From Squalus acanthias (taxonomy: Eukaryota): a DNA stretch of 64,000 nt. Under the pieces are notes generated by a model. It was not told the DNA's origin and searched no databases. It saw nothing but the letters and a program-made list of their open reading frames with translations. Position 1 is the stretch's first letter; the number at the start of each line of letters is the position of its first letter. Location of the stretch: positions 434,001 through 498,000 of the forward strand of contig JASTWF010000335.1 in NCBI GenBank assembly GCA_030390025.1, given 5' to 3'. A program made the position numbers and the translations under genes. This document shows, piece by piece, positions 61,270 to 64,000 of the stretch.

Positions 61270-62305
61270 AGAACTTAGAAGAATTCAAGGTGATCTGATT
61301 GAAACATGTAAAATTCTTAGAGAGCGTGACATAGTAGACGCTGAGAGGCTGTTTCCCCCCCTGGCTGGAGATTCTACAACTAAGTAATATGTGTACTGTG
61401 GGGATTAAAGCAGGGACAGGGTACTGGATTTGGATGATCAGCCATGATCGTATTGAATGGCGGAGCAGGCTCGATGGGCCGAATGGCCTACTCCTGCTCC
61501 TAGATTCTATGTTTCTATGTTTCTATGTTTTAAGGGTCACAGTCTCAGGATAAGGGGTCGGCTAGTTAGGACTGAGATGAGGAGAAATTTCTTCACTCAG
61601 AGGTTTGAGAATCTTTGGAATTATCTACCCCAGAGGTCTGTGGAGGCTCAGTCGATGTGGAAGGATGTTCTTGCCATGGAAGGATTGTCGTAAGAATGAG
61701 CCTTACGCGTGGTGAACTTAAAGTAAGCTTTAATCAACTAAAAAGGTGCTACATACAAAAGAGGTCTTACTCTATGCCTCTCCAGGATCCAACTGATCAG
61801 TCCAGTATTTATCCTGGACTAATCACAGGAAGTGATGCAATAAAGTTCAAGTCACAGGAAGCTGTATTGTGTTACCACATTGAGTTCAGCGAAGATTCAC
61901 AAGGCTGATACCTGGGATGGCAGGAATGACATATGAGGAGAGATTGGGTCGATTGGGTTTATACTCACTGGAGTATAGAAGAATGAGAGGGGATCTCATC
62001 AAAACATATAAAATTCTGACAGATCTGGACAAACTAGATGCAGGAAGAATGTTCCCGATGGTCGGAGAATCCAGAACCAGGGGTCATAATCTAAGGATAA
62101 GGGGTAAGCCATTTAGGACAGAAATGAGGAAGAATTTCTTCACCCAGAGAGTGGTGAACCTGTGGAATTCTCTACCACAGAAGGTAGTTGAGGCCAAGTC
62201 ATTAAATATATTCAAGAATGAGTTAGACATATTTCTTAAAGCTAAAGGTATCAAGGGATATGGGGAGAAGGAAGGGTAGGGTACTGAGTTTGGATGATCA
62301 GCCAT
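61270..62305 (+). mobile_element. Patchwork of CR1 3' fragments with a nested tail (~61385-61530) and an unrelated insert (~61685-61884)
   Basis: GDLIETCKIL, RGHSLRIRGR, ORF 61917-62279; taag on both sides of the nested tail. Confidence 0.85.
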
Positions 62306-63200
62306 GAGATAGGGAGGGTTGTAGGGCTGGAGGAGGTTACAGAGATAGGGAGGGTTGTAGGGGCTGGAGGAGGTTATAGAGCTAGGGAGGGTTGTAGGGC
62401 TGGAGGAGGTTACAGAGATAGGGAGTGTTGTCGGGGCTGGAAGAGGTTACAGAGATAGGGAGGGTGTAGGACAGGAGGAGGTTACAGAGATAGGGAGGGC
62501 TGTCGAGCTGGAGGAGGTTACAGAGATAGGGAGGGTTGTAGGGGCTGGAGGAGGTTACAGAGATAGGGAGGGTTGTAGGGGCTGGAGGAGGTTACAGAGA
62601 TAGGGAGGGTTGTAGGGGCTGGAGGAGGTTACAGAGATAGGGAGGGTTGTAGGGACTGGAGGAGGTTACACAGATAGGGAGGGTTGTAGGGGCTGGAGGA
62701 GGTTACAGAGATAGGGAGGGTTGTAGGGACTGGAGGAGGTTACAGAGATAGGGAGGGTTGTATGGCTGGAGGAGGTTACAGAGATAGGGAGGGTTGTAGG
62801 GCTGGAGGAGGTTACAGAGATAGGGAGGGTTGTAGGGCTGGAGGAGTTTACAGAGATAGGGAGGGTTGTACGGCTGGAGGAGGTTACAGAGATAGGGAGG
62901 GTTGTAGGGCTGGAGGAGGTTACAGAGATAGAGAGGGTTGTTGGGCTGGAGGAGGTTACAGAGATAGGGAGGGTTGTAGGGGCTGGGGGAGGTTACAGAG
63001 ATAGGGAGGGTTGTAGGGGCTGGGGGAGGTTACAGAGATAGGGAGGGTTGTAGGGGCTGGAGGAGGTTACAGAGATAGGGAGGTTGTAGGGCTGGAGGAG
63101 GTTACAGAGATAGGGAGGGTTGTAGGGGCTGGAGGAGGTTACAGAGATAGGGAGGGTTGTAGGGGCTGGAGGAGTTACAGAGATAGGGAGGGGCGAGGCC
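62306..63200. repeat. 36-38-bp minisatellite derived from L2 ORF2, ~24 copies
   Basis: Unit gagatagggagggttgtaggggctggaggaggttaca; matches L2 at ~46062-46100 (gggttgtggggctgaaggagattacagagatagggagggg). Confidence 0.93.
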
Positions 63201-63460
63201 ATGGGGGGGTACTGGGAGCCAGTGTAGGTCGGCGAGCACTGGGGCGTTGGGTGAACGCGACTTGGTGCGAGTTAGGATAGCAGCATTTTGGATGAGCTGG
63301 AGATTACGGAGGGTGAGGTTGGGATTTCGGCCAGGAGTGCTTTGGAATATTCGACTCTGGAGGTTACAAAGGCATGGGTGAGAGTTTCAGCAGGAGATGG
63401 GCTGAGGCAGGGACGGGAGACGGGCGATGTTACGGAGATGGAAGTAGGCATTCTTGGCGA
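63200..63460 (-). mobile_element. L2-clade LINE fragment contiguous with the minisatellite
   Basis: PCLSPSPAETLTHAFVTSRVEYSKALL. Confidence 0.85.
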
Positions 63461-63689
63461 AGGAGAGACTTGTGAGCTGGCAGTGTGCAATTTCGCGATG
63501 TGCACCCCGGGAATGGGACGATCAGATTTTTTACCCTGGACCGTTGAAAATTCTACACATTCTTTGCAGCTTCGAACTGAAAGTGTGACAGAATTTCAGT
63601 GCCTGTTTGGTTAATCATTTCACCTGCAGTGTCCTGTAAAACAAACCTCAAATGCTACAGATAGATGACTCAATTAAATATTTGTTGTA

Positions 63690-64000
63690 TGCGACCCTGA
63701 GGAAGAGAGTGTTTGAAGACCAGGACCTCAAACCCGGCACCAAGCTCATGGTCTACAGAGCAGCAGTGATACCCGCCCTCATGTATGCCTCAGAGACATG
63801 GACCATGTACAGCAGGCACCTCAAAGCACTGGAGAGGTACTACCAACGCTGCCTCCGCAAGATCCTGCAAATCCATTGGCAGGATAGGCGCATCAATGTC
63901 AGTGTTCTCGCTCAGCCCAACATCCCCAGCATCAAAGCTTTGACCACGCTCGATCAGCTCCGATGGACGGGTCACATCGTCCGCATGCCCGATACAAGAC
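63690..64000 (+). mobile_element. RTE-clade LINE ORF C-terminal fragment, running off the window
   Basis: Manual translation: LRKRVFEDQDLKPGTKLMVYRAAVIPALMYASETWT...QRCLRKILQIHWQD...QLRWTGHIVRMPDTR. Confidence 0.88.

Overview
Repeat-dominated vertebrate genomic DNA. The mix of CR1, L2, RTE and Penelope repeats suggests a cartilaginous fish (inference). One confident protein-coding gene is present: an intact single-exon beta-1,3-galactosyltransferase 5 (b3galt5) CDS on the minus strand (10670-11605), with a splice acceptor 12 nt upstream of the ATG. About 80 bp upstream of that acceptor begins a ~24.6-kb array of a 42-bp satellite made from the 3'-terminal stem-loop of a CR1 LINE; it has kb-scale higher-order repeats and a CR1 inserted in it. 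A ~12-kb 67-bp satellite (49.2-61.3 kb) holds two young Penelope-like (GIY-YIG) insertions at the same monomer position. Six minimal hammerhead-ribozyme motifs from two Penelope families show covarying stems. Also present: PIF/Harbinger-type MITEs, a solo LTR with a 4-bp TSD, an L2-derived 37-bp minisatellite, an 88-bp hairpin minisatellite, and a ~2.4-kb inverted duplication bracketing the gene and satellite. Most ORFs in the supplied track are repeat artefacts. Repeat boundaries were read by eye and are approximate unless junction sequences are quoted.
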